From: Octopus vulgaris
Lineage: Eukaryota
Reading direction: 5' to 3'
Assembly (NCBI GenBank): GCA_951406725.2
Contig: OX597828.1
Coordinates: 56,048,001 to 56,112,000 of the forward strand
Length of the DNA: 64,000 nt
Shown here: piece by piece, positions 13,685-28,068 of the stretch
How the letters are laid out: every line of letters starts with the position of its first letter
Position numbering within the stretch: the first letter of the stretch is position 1
Made by a program: the position numbers and the translations under genes
Notes under the pieces: generated by a model
The model's input: the letters and a program-made list of their open reading frames with translations, nothing else
What the model was told of the DNA's origin: nothing
The model's database searches: none

Positions 13685-13841
13685 AATATTTTGTGACAAC
13701 CAGTACCTAACACAACAAAGCTTTTACATGTTACTTTTGACAATCTTTTTCTAAAAAAAGTGAAACCGGTCAAGTAAATAAACAAATAGACCTTCTTTTA
13801 TATATAATTCCACTCGTGTGGTACCTTACAATTCCACTTTT

Positions 13842-13843
<2 letters not shown>
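13136..13843. mobile_element. Degenerate fold-back element in (TA)n
   Basis: aaagtggagttgtaaagtaccgcacgagtggaattatatatgaaagaaggt is inverted at 13786-13840; 13220-13290 is inverted at 13555-13626. Confidence 0.7.
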
Positions 13844-13899
<56 letters not shown>

Positions 13900-14443
13900 T
13901 AAGTCACTTGCCCAAGGTGAGTTCGAAACCCCGTGTTCGCAAAACTACGCAGATGCATCTGCCCCTAGAATTATTGCCAATCATGTTATGTACTGAAGCA
14001 GCTAGTCAGTTTAAACCGTCTCTTTGATATACAGTTTTTACCCATATTTGAAACTGTATTTTGCATTAGATCAATCCTGACTTTTCCGACATTGTAATCG
14101 TTGAGTAACTCCTAATTTGTCCTATAGATCTACAACATTATGTACAACGGGTTTTTGGAGGTGCCTTCTGAGAAGCCTGCTCGTTGCAAATATTTTGATA
14201 AATAAATAGATTACAGAGGCGTAATGTCTTCTTGCCGTTTCTCTGTATTCTCTCCTAAACCGATGCAAATGAGCAGAAAAATACGCGTGGAAATTGACTT
14301 GTCATTGGGGTCAGTAAAGGAATCCAGTTGTTATGTGTAACGATGCAAGGTATCCTAACCCCTAAATTTTACCTGAGTTCCAGATTCATTACCAAAGATA
14401 AAAGAAAAAGTAAAAACGTCTCAAATATAATATTTCCTAACAC

Positions 14444-14506
<63 letters not shown>

Positions 14507-14591
14507 CATACACGTGTATATAAATACACACATAGGCGCGCCTACATCGTCTCTGGAGTTATATACTGTTTCTAATAAAGCGATAGGAAAT

Positions 14592-14810
14592 AAGGTGACG
14601 AGCTGGCAGAATTGTTAGTACGCCGGTCAAAATGATTAGCGGCATTTCGTCTGTCTTTACGTTCTGAGTTCAAATTCTAGAACGATCAACTTTGCCTTTC
14701 ATTCCTTTCTGGGTCGATAAAATAACTGCCAGTTGAGCATTGGGGTTGATGTAATCGACTTGCTCCCAGCCCAAAATTGGTGGCCTTCTACTGAAAATAG
14801 AATCCAATAT
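14592..14810 (+). mobile_element. SINE, family 2
   Basis: aaggtgacgagctggcagaattgttag...ttctgagttcaaattc...tttgccttt.attccttt..gggtcgataaa. Confidence 0.8.
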
Positions 14811-16011
14811 AGAGGCACAAAGAGAAAAATTTGGATAGTGGGTTAATCTATTATATCCAATCAAATATTAAACGTTCTTTGACTTTATGTGATCCCCACA
14901 CGTGAAAGGATGAATGGTAAATTTGACATCGACGAGATTTGAACCCAGAACTCAAAAGCCTGAAGCAAAATACCACTGTGAGGATTCTGCTAATCGATCA
15001 CATTTATAATTTCTAACTTATGTTAGACAATAAAGAGATAAGTGGAATGCATTGAGTCACTTACAGCCGCCTCGTCATGATGCAGTACTAGGGCGATTTA
15101 ATAAACTAACTTCTATAAATTTCTCGACATAGAAGGCAGTGAGGTTAAAAATCGATTCAGGTTATTTAACAAAGCTTATGAGTAAAGACTTTCTAGCTGT
15201 GGCCATCTCTTTTCTATCCTTCTTAAGATTTGACTTTGATTTCTAGCACATTGTCTGACCATGCAGATTCTCACTCGAATGTTTCAGGCAGACTCGGATT
15301 TTACATCTGAAATCGCACTTCATTTATTTAATAAAGTAACAAGTTTTCTCAAGGGAGAGAACTCTAAATAAAAAAGGAACATACTAAGAGTAGCCTACCT
15401 TGAAGCTATATTCTATTATTTTTTTCGTAAGCGTTTCATCGTTTGAAATATTTCACTACAGTTTTAGGTTGTTTGAAATTAGTTGTCACTAATACAAGGA
15501 AGTCGTTTATATCATTAACATTGAAATTTTAGATATTAACGTTTGAAATACTAACGTTTGAAATATTAAAGTGAAATAAGTTTGTGATTTTAATTAATAA
15601 TTTTAATTGTTCCAAATCTAAAAAATCATTTATTTATTTTAACCGCACCATTTTATTTTATTTTTGTTTTTCATTTTATTTTTACTAAAATGACTAGATT
15701 CTTGAACAGAATATAGGCTTTCTGCAATTAGAATATTTCACGACGACGTGAAACTCCTCAGTATGTTCTTAATACATTGCATTACGCTGACAGTAATCTT
15801 TCAGAATCTTTCTTATAACAATGACAAGGTTTTTAATTTAGAACTTCTTGAGAATTACTAGGCACAAATTAGTGTGCTGTAGAATTGAATGTATCCTAAC
15901 AGCAATGGATCCTGCTTCATAATTTAAATTCTTTTCGGTCACTAAGTCACATCGGTTATAAATCATTATCACCTTCTTCGAAATACGTAGGTTTGATAGG
16001 TCTATTTTTAC

Positions 16012-16405
16012 TTTGTTACTCTTTTACTTGTTTCAGTCATTTGACTGCGGCCATGCTGGAGCACCGCCTTTAGTCGAGAAAATCGACCCCAGTATTTATT
16101 CTTTGTAAGCCTAGTACTTATTCTATCGGTTCACTTTTGCTGAACCGCTAAGTTACGGGGACGTAAACACAGCACCATTGGTTGTCAAGCGATGTTGGGG
16201 GGACAAACACAGACACACACACATGCACACATATATATAGATATACATATATACGACGGGATTCTTTGAGTTTCCATCTACCAAATCCACTCACAAGGCT
16301 TTGGTCGACCCGAAGCTATATTTTAAGACACTTGCTCAAGGTGTCACGCAGTGGGACTGAACCCGGAACCATGTGGTTGGTAAGCAAGCTACTTACCACA
16401 CAGCC
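16012..16405 (-). mobile_element. tRNA-derived SINE, family 1, near full length
   Basis: Minus strand reads ggctgtgtggtaagtagcttgcttaccaaccacatggttccgggttcagtcccactgcg...ggcggtgctccagcatggccgcagtcaaatgactgaaacaagtaaaagagtaa. Confidence 0.9.
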
Positions 16406-17324
16406 TGCTAAAATATTGCTCTCTCATCACTGTTAATGGCATCATATATTAGTTTCAACTTTTGGTACAAAGCCAACGGTTTAGTCCCCAGTACTCAACT
16501 GGTGCCTATTTTCTCGACTCGAAACAGATAAAAGACATACCCGACGCTAAGAATTTTCTGACATTCTAACGATTCTCCCAGTTCGTCACCTTAATCGTAT
16601 TATATACTAAATAATGGAAACCACTAAAGCGACTCTCTGTTGTACGTATCGCTGCTGGAACAAGTAACCAAATCTTCCATAAAGAACGGCCTATCGAATG
16701 AAAAATGGAAACTACAATAAATAAAACCCTCAACAACCCAAATTATGAGGAGACCCTCAACTCCCTGGAAACTTGTTAAAAACCTCCCACAAATAATATT
16801 CCACGTGGAAATCTGATAAATAAAATATTTCCATAGTCAGCTATAAATAATAACCCAAAACCCTCTGCATCATAATTCACCTTAAACCAAGAAGCTAAAT
16901 CTGACGTATCTTCGGCAAAACCAAAAAAGAAAATACTCGTTATGACTCCGCAATTCTACAAACAATTCATATTATAAATATAACACGTAAGATTGTTAGT
17001 ACAATCTAGGAAATTGAATTCAAATATAATAACAAAGAGGTGCGTTAATAAAACGAACGCATTACTACAAAATCTTTAGAATCACTTTAAATTTCGGTTT
17101 ATCCAGTGCAGAAGAACCATACCAAGGCACCTCTTTAAAAGGAATATTCGATCAAATAGACCCCTGTACTCATTTCTATCTTATACTTATTTTGTCGGTG
17201 ACTTTTTGCTGAATCGATCGAGTAACGAAGACATCAAAACTAGCAATGATTAGCATACATAACAGAATTTGCATATTTCCACAGATGTCTTTCTTCCTTT
17301 CTACTTGTCTGCCTCTGTGTTTTA

Positions 17325-17399
<75 letters not shown>

Positions 17400-17508
17400 A
17401 ACAAAATGGGACAAGAACGCAAAACATCCAGAAGACGATACAAGAAACACGGACGGGTCATTGGAAGTTTTAAATCTTCAGTCAAGAACCGGATCATCCT
17501 CGCAATTT

Positions 17509-17583
<75 letters not shown>

Positions 17584-17659
17584 TGCGAGTGTAAGCGTGT
17601 GCATGTGTATATACATACTTTCGCATGTATGTTTATATATGTATGAATGTACGTCCGTG

Positions 17660-18030
17660 AAGAGGTGCATAGATTTATGGTCAGTGTGTTTCACTCATAA
17701 TCGCAAGATTATGGTTTCGATCCCTGGACCGGGCGATTGTTGTTTTCTTGAGCAAAATATTCCATTTCACTTTTATTCAATCTACTCAATCCTGCGTCAG
17801 GCCACTTCCCCGTCCATTAGAAACTAGAAACACCACAGAATGCAAGAACTGGCGTTATGTGTCTATGGCTTGGGAAAGATCTCTGATCCATTGTTTATAC
17901 GTACGTGTATGCATCCGACAGGTTTACATACAATCACCACATACCAAATTCATTCGCAAGGTATTGGTCATTCCCAGGCTGTACTACAAGACTCTTACCC
18001 AAAGCATCCGTTTTGGAACTGAAGGAATCT
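17660..18030 (+). mobile_element. Degenerate SINE (family 3-like head)
   Basis: ggtttcgatccctggaccgggcgattgttgttttcttgagcaaaa, followed by a fragment of family 1 in the opposite orientation. Confidence 0.55.
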
Positions 18031-18309
18031 TATCGTAGAAAAATTAAGAAAACATTCTTAAAATATTCTGTGAATAGTCTAAAATATTACAACATACTGA
18101 TATATGTTCAGCTTGTCTACAACTCATGCACAATGTTTTCCATCAATATATTGATTGTTTTATCACCAATTTGGCATTTAAGGCGAAGGCTGCATGCCAT
18201 TCTGCTAGCCTTTCTAGCTAGGATCAGACTGAAATAACATTAGCCGTTTTGCTAATGCTTTCTTCCCATCATTGTAACGTTCTTAAACACAGTGACAGTA
18301 ACATGACAC

Positions 18310-18485
18310 AGCGGCTAGCATGCCGAACAAAATGCTTTACCGCACTTCTGGATTTTCGTTCTGAGTTCGAATTACGCTGAGGTTGACTTTGACTTTCCTC
18401 CATTTTCGTCGATACATTAAGCACCACATGAACTCTGGTGTCGATGTAATCAACTAGACTCCTCCCACTAAAACTCCGCATTGAG
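18310..18485 (+). mobile_element. Degenerate SINE, family 2
   Basis: cgttctgagttcgaattacgctgaggttgactttgact...tggtgtcgatgtaatc. Confidence 0.65.
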
Positions 18486-18526
18486 AGATATAGTTTCTTC
18501 GTATATATATATTTATATATATATAT

Positions 18527-18629
<103 letters not shown>

Positions 18630-19044
18630 AAGGTAAATTAAATTTAGAGTATGCTATTGACAATCCAATAATTTATGTATATTACAATATCACATTAAAT
18701 ACAATGTGTATAATATAACTTAACATAACATAATACTATGTAACATAAGAAATCATAAAAACCATAAAATGTGTCAAATTATTTCGGCTTATATATATAT
18801 TTTCCTTATATACATAATCACAGTTTCATTATATATAGTCACTTCAGGGTCATGGTTTAGAAAAAGACGAAATTCTGTGTGAAAGGACGGCTGGATTGTA
18901 AAAATTAATTCAAATGTCTGTGTAATATGAGCGTGAGCAATCTTAATATATATATATATATAGCACGCCATTCTATTCTTTACGCGAAACCGATTGGTAA
19001 GATCAGTCGTGATAGAAATTCAATACTATATACTTTTCGGGTAT

Positions 19045-19119
<75 letters not shown>

Positions 19120-19290
19120 AAGTGAGATAGGGGTTATGAGTGTAACCCACTATGGGATATCATTTATCCAATATACTGCCAGTAAAGTACCCAGAAAGGC
19201 TAATACATAAATGCTAAGAATTGCAATGCAATTAATTCATTTATTGTATTATATGGGCGAAGGTAAAATGCTTTACCTCAAATTCATAAT

Positions 19291-19449
19291 ACAAAATAAG
19301 AAAATGGAGGAATAGATTACTTTCAATCATCAACTACTAGATAATACCAATTCATATAATTTATTAAATAATTATTTAATAAATTATATGAATTGGTATT
19401 ATCTAGTAGTTGATGATTGAAAGTAATCTATTCCTCCATTTTCTTATTT

Positions 19450-19452
<3 letters not shown>
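19291..19452. repeat. Perfect 162-bp palindrome (81-bp arms, no spacer) at the end of a (TA)n-flanked insert (19117-19452)
   Basis: acaaaataagaaaatggaggaatagattactttc...ttattaaataa|ttatttaataa...gaaagtaatctattcctccattttcttattttgt. Confidence 0.92.
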
Positions 19453-19494
<42 letters not shown>

Positions 19495-19505
19495 CGCACA
19501 CACAC

Positions 19506-19539
<34 letters not shown>

Positions 19540-20221
19540 AAGAGAGAGTGTGTGTGTGTGTGTGTGCGCGCGCGCTCGAGTGCGATGCATATGGCGCACG
19601 TGTGCTTATGTGGCTTTGAGTGTGTTTACGTATTTTATGTAAATCGTAGAAAACCAACAATAACAATAACGTCACGAAACAAAAATTATGTCACACGTTT
19701 AGCTTCGTCTGTGTATTATTATTAGAAAGTGTGGAAACAGAGAGTGTGAATCTATGTGAGACGCTCAATCTAATCATAGAATCATAATTTCTTTTGAACA
19801 AATATACACATAATGGATAAATTTCAACAAAATGATACTTTAGAGCGTTAGACTTCCAAGGGAAATAACTCTGCCATATAATTTCATTCTTATCTCCCAT
19901 GATATCAATACTTATTGTAGATATGCATTTAGCAGGAAGCCTATTTTAAAATTTTCATCTGCATTGCCCCTCCGCTGCTGATAGTATAATAGGGGTTGTA
20001 GAATCATTAGAGCATTTGACAAATATGAATGACAATAGTTCAAATTCCACCGAGGTAAAATTTGCCTTTCATCGTCTATTAAATAAAATACCAAAAAGAA
20101 CAGGAGTGTATTTTCACAAACTCCACAGCTCAAATGTTTGACTTTCTAACTACGTAAAGGATCACTATTATTAATTTTTGTTCCCCTTCCTTCAGATATT
20201 TTTATATTTCTTTACGTTCAG

Positions 20222-20568
20222 CAGGAAGGCGCATGACTGAGTGGTTCTAATATTCGGTTCATTATCGTAAGGTCGTGCGTTCGATTTCCGGTGGCGCGTT
20301 TTGTCGTTCAGTAAGACATTTTATTTGACGTTGATCATGTCCACTCAGCTGGGAAAAAATCAGTAGTACGTGCCTGTACTTCAATGGGCCAGCATTGTCA
20401 CATTCTTTAGTTGATGAGTCTTCATCGGTGGAGAGGTGAGACACGAATGCCTGAGTGATTACCGGTCTTCCATAAACAACCTTGCACAGATTTGAGCCTC
20501 GGAGACTAACATTCTAGGTGCAGTCCCACGATCATTCATGACCGAAAGGGGGGTCTTCACCTTTGTAT
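20222..20568 (+). mobile_element. SINE, family 3-related variant
   Basis: ggcgcatgactgagtggtt...tcgatttccgg head and tcattcatgaccgaaaggggggtcttcacctttgta tail; homologous to 22690-23045. Confidence 0.7.
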
Positions 20569-21230
20569 TTACGTAATTATACAGTCAATAAAACTTTCAG
20601 AACTCGCTGAAGACGCAAACCTTCATTTATATTCCCTGTAAGATTTGTTTTAGACCGGTCTGAGAACCCAGAAGCAGCAGTTGAAATGGCACAAAAATTA
20701 GGAGATATAAACGAGGCTATGGATTTCTTCCTATTTTTCATTTGGCCAGCACTTACCCTGTGCTCCTTTTTCTTCCACGCGTGCCTGTGGAATGCTCAGC
20801 CACTTGCACGTTAATTTACCAGCAGGCTCTTCCGTTGATCGGAAAAACGGGAACGCTCGCCGTCGTAACACCAGTAACGTTTAGATTTCAAATTCCGTTG
20901 GCGTTTGTCTTAACGTTAATGCTTCGGCGTTTTAAAGAATGTGTAACACTCAAGTATTGCAGTCGGTTCCATTTGTGGCATTATGCTTCTGTTAGATACT
21001 TCGGAAGTTTTATTAGGGTGGTGGAGAGTAGAGCGAGTAAGACTTTGGCCCAAATGTTGGTGAACCATTGCGATCTACGTTGAAATTATACTGAAGTGGA
21101 GGACCATTCTATTCGTTCGTCGATAAAGTAACCACCACTCAAATATTGTAGCTGATTCACTCATTGACAAAACACTATAGCGTTGTCATGGCATCAGAAA
21201 TCACAATAACTATTACTATTACCAGAGCGT

Positions 21231-21322
21231 TGTCGTCTTCGTGCCGTCGCCGCCGCCATCATCATCGTCGTCGTCATGGTCATCCTCACCACCACCACCA
21301 CCACCACCACCACCACCACTAC

Positions 21323-21373
<51 letters not shown>

Positions 21374-21432
21374 TATGGTCGTCGTCGTCGTCATCATCAC
21401 CACCACCACCATCATCATCGTCGTCGTCGTCA
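21231..21432. repeat. Compound (CAT)n/(CAC)n/(CGT)n trinucleotide microsatellite
   Basis: Direct reading. Confidence 0.95.
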
Positions 21433-22402
21433 CTAAGCCTAACAACGGCCTAAAACATTCAAGGAATTCTCTCCGATCAAGAACCCACACATCATCTCTT
21501 ATTCACAAACCACATAATTTTTTTTTTTTTCTGAGACAATTTTCTCAAGTAATTTCCGCTGTCCCGGGTACGTTATCTACTCCAATTTCATTCTTGAAGG
21601 CGGTGTCTGCGTGAGCGTAGATTTATTATATTGATCTATGCCTTATGTCTGTAAGTCTGTGTCTCTTTCTCTCTCCCTCATCCCCCCTCTCTCTCTCTTC
21701 CACCTTTCTCACCTGTGTATTACGAAATAACGACTTTCTGTTATTCGAGCTGAAAATTTCACTTCTTCATTTCTCCTTCATTCATCTGCAGCCGCTATTA
21801 CTTACCGAACTTCTCAAACCGCCACCAACTTTGGGGGCCACATTTTCCCTATGCTCTCTTCCCTTCCGAAAGCATCGTCGGTGACTTCAAATGCTCACAA
21901 CTTCTCATACCTCTCACTCTTATCACAGTTGCTGCTGATACAAAAGCCGATTCCTTTGCGATTTTCATCTCTGTACACCAACTTCCTTGGATTTCCTAAC
22001 TCTGTATTCCATGCATATTATTACTGTTAAGATGCTGCATGTTATCCCTAGTATTTTGAGACATGAAATTTTTATCAGAGGAACTGAACTTATTGAATTT
22101 AGTAACTATATGCTTCGCATCATCTGTCATGTTATCGAATAACAACTGCACTACACTTTAACATACTGCGTAGAGAATATGGCCAAAAATTTGAACTCGA
22201 GCTAATTTTCCGCGTATATTATTATAACAGAAGTATGATCCTTCTGAAAATATGTTCCCTGAATCACATCCCGATTGCTACATGCTTCCTCAAAAACGGT
22301 CAGACATATATTTGTTTATATAAGTTCATTAAACGATCAGAATTGCAATCACCTGTAAAGACTAATCAAGTGTCGAAATAGGTTAAATATGTAATATATT
22401 TG

Positions 22403-22665
22403 TGGAGGCGCGTGGCTTAGTGGTTAGGGTGTCAGCACCATGATCGTAAGATTGTGGTTTCGATTCCTGGACCGGGAGACGCGTTGTGTTCTTGAGCAAA
22501 ACATTTCAGTTCACGTTGCTCCAGTCCACTCAGCTGGCAAAAATGAGTAACGCTGCGATGGAATACATACGCCATAGAACACATACGCTGGGGAACACAT
22601 ACGCCATAGAAACCGGGAGAACGGGCCCATGAGCCTGGCTAGACTTTAAAAGGGCGCATTTACTT
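22403..22665 (+). mobile_element. tRNA-derived SINE, family 3
   Basis: ggaggcgcgtggcttagtggttagggtgtcagc...ggtttcgattcctggaccgg (A and B boxes). Confidence 0.88.
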
Positions 22666-22689
22666 ATTTATTATATGTAATATATTTAG

Positions 22690-23045
22690 GCCGTAAAGTC
22701 GCATGACTCAGTGGTTAGAGCGTCGGGCTCACAATCATGAAGTAATGTGTTCAATTCCCAGACCATGCTGTGTGTTGTGTTCTTGAGCAAGACACTTTAT
22801 TTCAGGTTGTTCCAGTTCACTCAGCTGTAGAAATGAGTTGCGGCGTCACTGATGCCAATCTGTATCAGCCTTTACCTTCCTCCTTGGATAACATCGGCAG
22901 CGTCTGGTAAGATAGGAGTCTGGTAAGAATAGGCGACTGCTGCTCTACCATAAAACAACCTTGCTCGGACTTGTGCCTTGGAAGGTAACATTCTAGGCGC
23001 AATCTCATTGTCATTCATGATCGAAGAGGGTCTTTACCTTTGTAT
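22690..23045 (+). mobile_element. tRNA-derived SINE, family 3-related variant
   Basis: tgactcagtggttagagcgtcgggctcacaatc...tgtgttcttgagcaagacacttt...gggtctttacctttgta. Confidence 0.8.
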
Positions 23046-23763
23046 TTTGGCAACTTTCCTGTCAATGAAACTTTCAGAACTCTCTGAAAACGCCAAACTT
23101 CTTTTACATTCCTTGTCAAATTTGCGTTAAACCATCCTGCGAACCCAAAAGCAGCATCTGAATTGGCACAAAGATTTGGAGATATAAACGAGGCCTTAAC
23201 TTTCTTCTTATTCTTCATTTGGTCAGCACCTATCCACATGAGTATCGCTGCTCCGTCCACAGACCACTTTACGCCACAAAACCAGCCACGTTTCTTTGTT
23301 GCTAACCATGCATATGTTACATCTTCAATCGTAACATCAGACTTCCAGATTTTTTTACAGTCTGGAAAAATAACATTAGTTAGAGCGTCAGCGATAAGGG
23401 ATATGTCTGGGCCAAGAATCTCTCTTAATTTTCTCAATGCATCCCTAATTACTATCGGTCATCCTAAAGACACAACAATCCTTTGTCACAATATAAGAAA
23501 GCAATAAAGATTTATGGAATAAAACATGATAACTAAATTCAAGGACTTTTTTGGCATACGTACACACATACTCTTTCTCCCTCTCTTTCCCTCCCTCTCT
23601 TTCTCTCTCACACTCATGTGCGTGTGTATATATATCTGTATGTATGTGAGTGTGTGTGGGTTTGTGTATGTGGGTTTGTGTATGTGAGTCTGAGAGTATG
23701 TGTGCGCAAGTGTATGCTTTCGTTTGTGAATTTGTGTTTGTATCTATACGTGCGCGTAAAATA

Positions 23764-24976
23764 TTGGCTCATCCCATAAATAATACGGTTTTTACAACTG
23801 GATGAACTAAAAGTTGGAGCGGGACGGGATAAACTTACCTAGATCAACTTGTTATGAAAGCAGGTAGTAATTTTACCTTGTACTTATTCTTAGTGCAAGT
23901 TTTGAAGAGTGCAGTTCGATTTTAGCAGTTAGTTTTCAAAGCTAAAATCGAAGTGACAAAGGAGCATATTTGGCATATTTTGCTTTATGAGTTCAATAAA
24001 GACAACAATGCAATGGAAAGTGCGAGGAATATTAATGCAGTATATGGGGATCGGACAATAAGCGTAAGCCAATGTCAACAGTGGTGCCTGAAATTCAGTG
24101 CCGGAAACTACAGCCTAGAAGACGAGCCTCGTCCTGGAAGATATACAGAGCTCGACGAGGAAGACCTGCAAACCCTGGTGGAACAAAATCCTCGTAAATT
24201 TTGAGGAACAACCAGAGAAGCTTGAACTTGGTCATTCACCCATTAATCGACACCTGCGTGTCATCGGAAAAGTCAGCAAACTTGCTCAGTGGGTTCCACA
24301 CACACTTTCCGAGTCTAATCGGTCGCAGAAAGTGAATGTGTGCTCCTCTTTGTTGTAGCATCTCATGAATGAACCTTTTTTTAACGGAATAATGGTGACG
24401 AGAATTGGGCTCTCTTTAAAAATGTCAAGCGTGGAAGACAGTAGATAGGGCAAGGAGAAACACCGGCAGCCCATGCTAAAGAGGGGTCTTCGTGATATGA
24501 AAGGCTTACATCATTTTGAAAGTTTTAAACCCAAACCAGACGATAAGAAAGGAGAACTACTGTGAGCACCTTGAGCGGCTTAATTCAGTACTTGGTTTCA
24601 AGACAAAAGGTGTTGTTGCATCAGGATAATGTTTGTCTACATCCAGTGAGGATGATATTCCAAAGGCTGGAGCAGTTTGAATGGGAAATGATGCTGCATC
24701 CACCATATTCTCCGGATACTGCCCCATCTGATTATCATGATCTGGACGGAAAAAATATGAATTCAGTAGACGAGGTCAAAACAGTACTGGAGGAGTATAT
24801 TTTGTCACGGAAAAGTGAATTTGGGAAGAGGGCCCCTGCAAGTCTACCAGATGGATGGAAGAGCATTGTTGAAAATGAAGGAGGGTGCATTTTAGATAAA
24901 AAAAGAACTCCGTTTATTTTCATTTTGAAGAATAAAAGACGTATAACAAAATCGCATTATTTATGGGATGACCCAA
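23764..24976 (+). mobile_element. Decayed near full-length mariner (Hsmar1/SETMAR-like transposase)
   Basis: TA|ttggctcatcccataaataat...attatttatgggatgacccaa|TA. Peptides HILLYEF..., LEDEPRPGR, WVPH, LHQDN, HPPYSPDTAPSDYH; several stops and frameshifts. Confidence 0.93.
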
Positions 24977-26594
24977 TATTTGGTGGATAATTAAATCGGA
25001 GATAAGCTAAAGAATAGAAAAGGAAAAAAAATAATAATCGCTTTGCTTTTGATTTCCCGTATTAGTGAGTCTCTTCAAAATTCTTTCAGACAGTAATTGG
25101 TACTTCCGCTTTGCTTACAGGCGCAGTTTAACGTTTCACATCTAATTACGTGCCATTTTGTAGTCGTAGACTTCTTTGAATACTTTCAGTTCTCTAATTG
25201 CTGTCTTGAAAAACATTTAGATATAGTATGGACATAAACACAGGCTTTATTTAAGGAAAAGAAATTCATAGCCAGATTGTTTAAACATGAGAAATATTAT
25301 ACAGTTCGAAATTCTCGTACAAGAATGTTATCTCAGAGACGAATTGGTGTACATCGTCAAATTTATCCAATATGAATGAAGTCTGTATAAGAATAACAAT
25401 TGAGAAAGGTAATACGTCTCTCAGTGGGATAACGTATTTTATAATTAACCATATGCCCGTTCGTAGGGACGACGAAGGTCATGTACTTATCGATAAGGAT
25501 GACTGCTGTAAGAAGTGTTGCCCACCGTCAACTTCCCTCTGTCGCCACTGTGCATCTTAGAATAAGCGGCAAGGCCAGGTCAAGACGAACGGGTAAGAAG
25601 ACGGATGCAGTGGTTGACCAAGATCGCTTATTTTCCTCTTCTTGCTTTTCGCTCCTTAGATCCAGTGCCAGACTATTAAGTTTAAAGAAGATAAATGGTA
25701 ACCTTGAAAGCATACTAAACTCACACATACAAATGTTACAAAGAGATGTGGTACTTATAACCATAGAATGAGACGATTTATTGTAGTTGTTTCGACGCTG
25801 ACGGTTTGAATCAGCTGACTGGACATTTAGCCTCTTATAGTGACTCTACTATTTGCTGTTTTATAAGATATTTATGTCCCATTGTATTGAATCCAGTATG
25901 CTCTCGTACTAATTTTGATGAAAATGGATTAATAAAGGAAAAGACAGCCCTAGTAAATCTTAAATTCGGTTTTGAGAGGTGTGCTTAAATTTGGCTCAGA
26001 ATTTTCTAGACCAATTTTGATAACGAGCTTTAATCGAAATCTATATTTAAACACAGCTGCTCCATTACATATATCAAGTCTATAAACATATTACAAAATA
26101 AAGCTATAGTTCTATTATAATCTCTATAATTATATTAGTATAGGAGCAGCTGCAGCTAGTTTCGAATTTATTAATGCCTGGAAATATACACTCACACAAA
26201 TTTAATGAAATTTAGGAAAAAAAATGTTTTAGAAGGATTCGTCTACTCTCTTGAACTGGTTAACGAAAATTGATTGAATATGAATCGTGGCATTGAAGCA
26301 TTTCATTGCCAAAAACTAGAAAAGCTGTGTGTGTGTGTATTCAGTTTTATATACTAAGATCTGGAGTGAACGAATAAGTAAATTGGTAAAAAATATGCTA
26401 CGTGGTTTTTCTTATAACCCCCTGTATATTCCGAGTTCAAATCCCTCCCGCCAAGTTTATGTTTGTCTATCATATTTCTTCGATCCATAAAATAAAGTAT
26501 TCCTTGGCACAAAATGCTTCACCCAGTTAGACGATGTTTTTATTGCAATGTAAAGGCAACAAATTAGATGGTCCAGTTTATAAACGTTCAAATA

Positions 26595-27892
26595 TCGGGT
26601 CATCCCATAAATAATGCCCGGACTTCTATATTTTCAATTTGTAAACGCTTTAACAGTATTTTAGAATGTCTAATGGTATCAAGTAATATTTATATGTATT
26701 TGGACATTGTTAAACTAATCAAATTTCATTTTGCAGGGTAATCTAATTGAAATTACACTAATTGTTACTCTTCAAACATGAATGTGTTTAAACAGCATTT
26801 GAAGCACATAATGCTTTATGAGTTAAAATAAAAGCAAATCTTGCAGCTGAAGGGACTCGAAATATTCACTGAGTTTATGAAGAAGAGTGCCTGAACGAAA
26901 TCTTGCAGCAGATGGTTTGCAAAATTCAGAAGTGGTGATTTCAACCTTAAAGATGAGTCTTGAACAAGACGTCCAATTGAGTTTTATGACACGCTCTCTT
27001 TGGCAGAATTTGAAACTCATCATGCAATTTCAGTCGAAGAATTGGCAAGGAAGCTTCGTTCAAGCCATACAACTGTTTACTGCCATCTTCAACAGCTTGG
27101 AAAGGTCCCCAAACTCGGAAATTGTGTTACTCATGATTTGTTTGATGCCAGCTGCATATGCGCGTGGATATCTGCTCTTCTCTTCCTCTTTTGTGAACAT
27201 ATCTCGACCTTTTTGGACAGACTGGTGACCTGTGATTGAAAATGTCTCTTCTATCAAAATGTTAAGCGTTGTAGACATTGGTTTAGCGAAGAGGAAAAGA
27301 CCCAGCCACAACAGAAAAGGGAACTCCATGCGAAGAAGGTTCTCCTTTTTGTTTGGTAGGATTGTAAAGGAGTCATCCACTTTGAATTGCCATTAATTAA
27401 TGAAACAATCAATGCTCAGATCTACTGTCAGCAATTACATCGTTTGAATACTGTCGGCAATTAGAGCGTTTGAAGAAAAAAATGGCTGCTTTAGTGAATC
27501 GAAAGTGATTGTTTCATCAGGACAATGCAAGACCTCACACTGCAAAGATCCCGTTACAGAAGATCGAGGAACTTCGCTGGGAGGAAATTTCTCATCCACC
27601 TCATTCTCCAGACCTCGATCCTTCAGATTACTATTTGTCCTGTGGTTTACAGAATCATTTGGAGGGATTAACTCACGAAATAACTTAGGAAGTCGAAACC
27701 GACCTTTCAGACTTCTTCTCTTCGAAATTGAAAGAGTTTTTCACTAATGGGATTTAAAATCTTACGAGTAGATGGAAAGACCCCATAGATAATCATGGAA
27801 ACTATATTGACGATTAAGATTCATTAAAATGTAAGATTTGATCACTTGTTTTCCTTATTTAAAATCCAGACATTATTTATGGGATGACCTGA
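26595..27892 (+). mobile_element. Decayed full-length mariner, same TIR type as 23764
   Basis: TA|tcgggtcatcccataaataat...attatttatgggatgacctga|TA. Remnants FAKFRSGDFNLKDE, DRLVTCD, FHQDNARPH, HPPHSPDLDPSDY. Confidence 0.92.
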
Positions 27893-28068
27893 TAGTACCA
27901 GGTACAACTTTTATTTTTGTAGATTTTATTTCTGTAGATTTGATGAATTATACAATTATTATAAATCATGGAAAGCAATTCAAATGACTGTATATTTTTT
28001 CTTATAACTTAGTGGTATTATATCATTGTGACAAATCAGTTCCTTAAAGAATAAGTTTTAATTTTCAG

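Noticed and set aside
21164-21614. Poly-His, poly-Ser/Pro and poly-Met ORFs
   Set aside because: Alternative readings of a trinucleotide microsatellite; no splice context.
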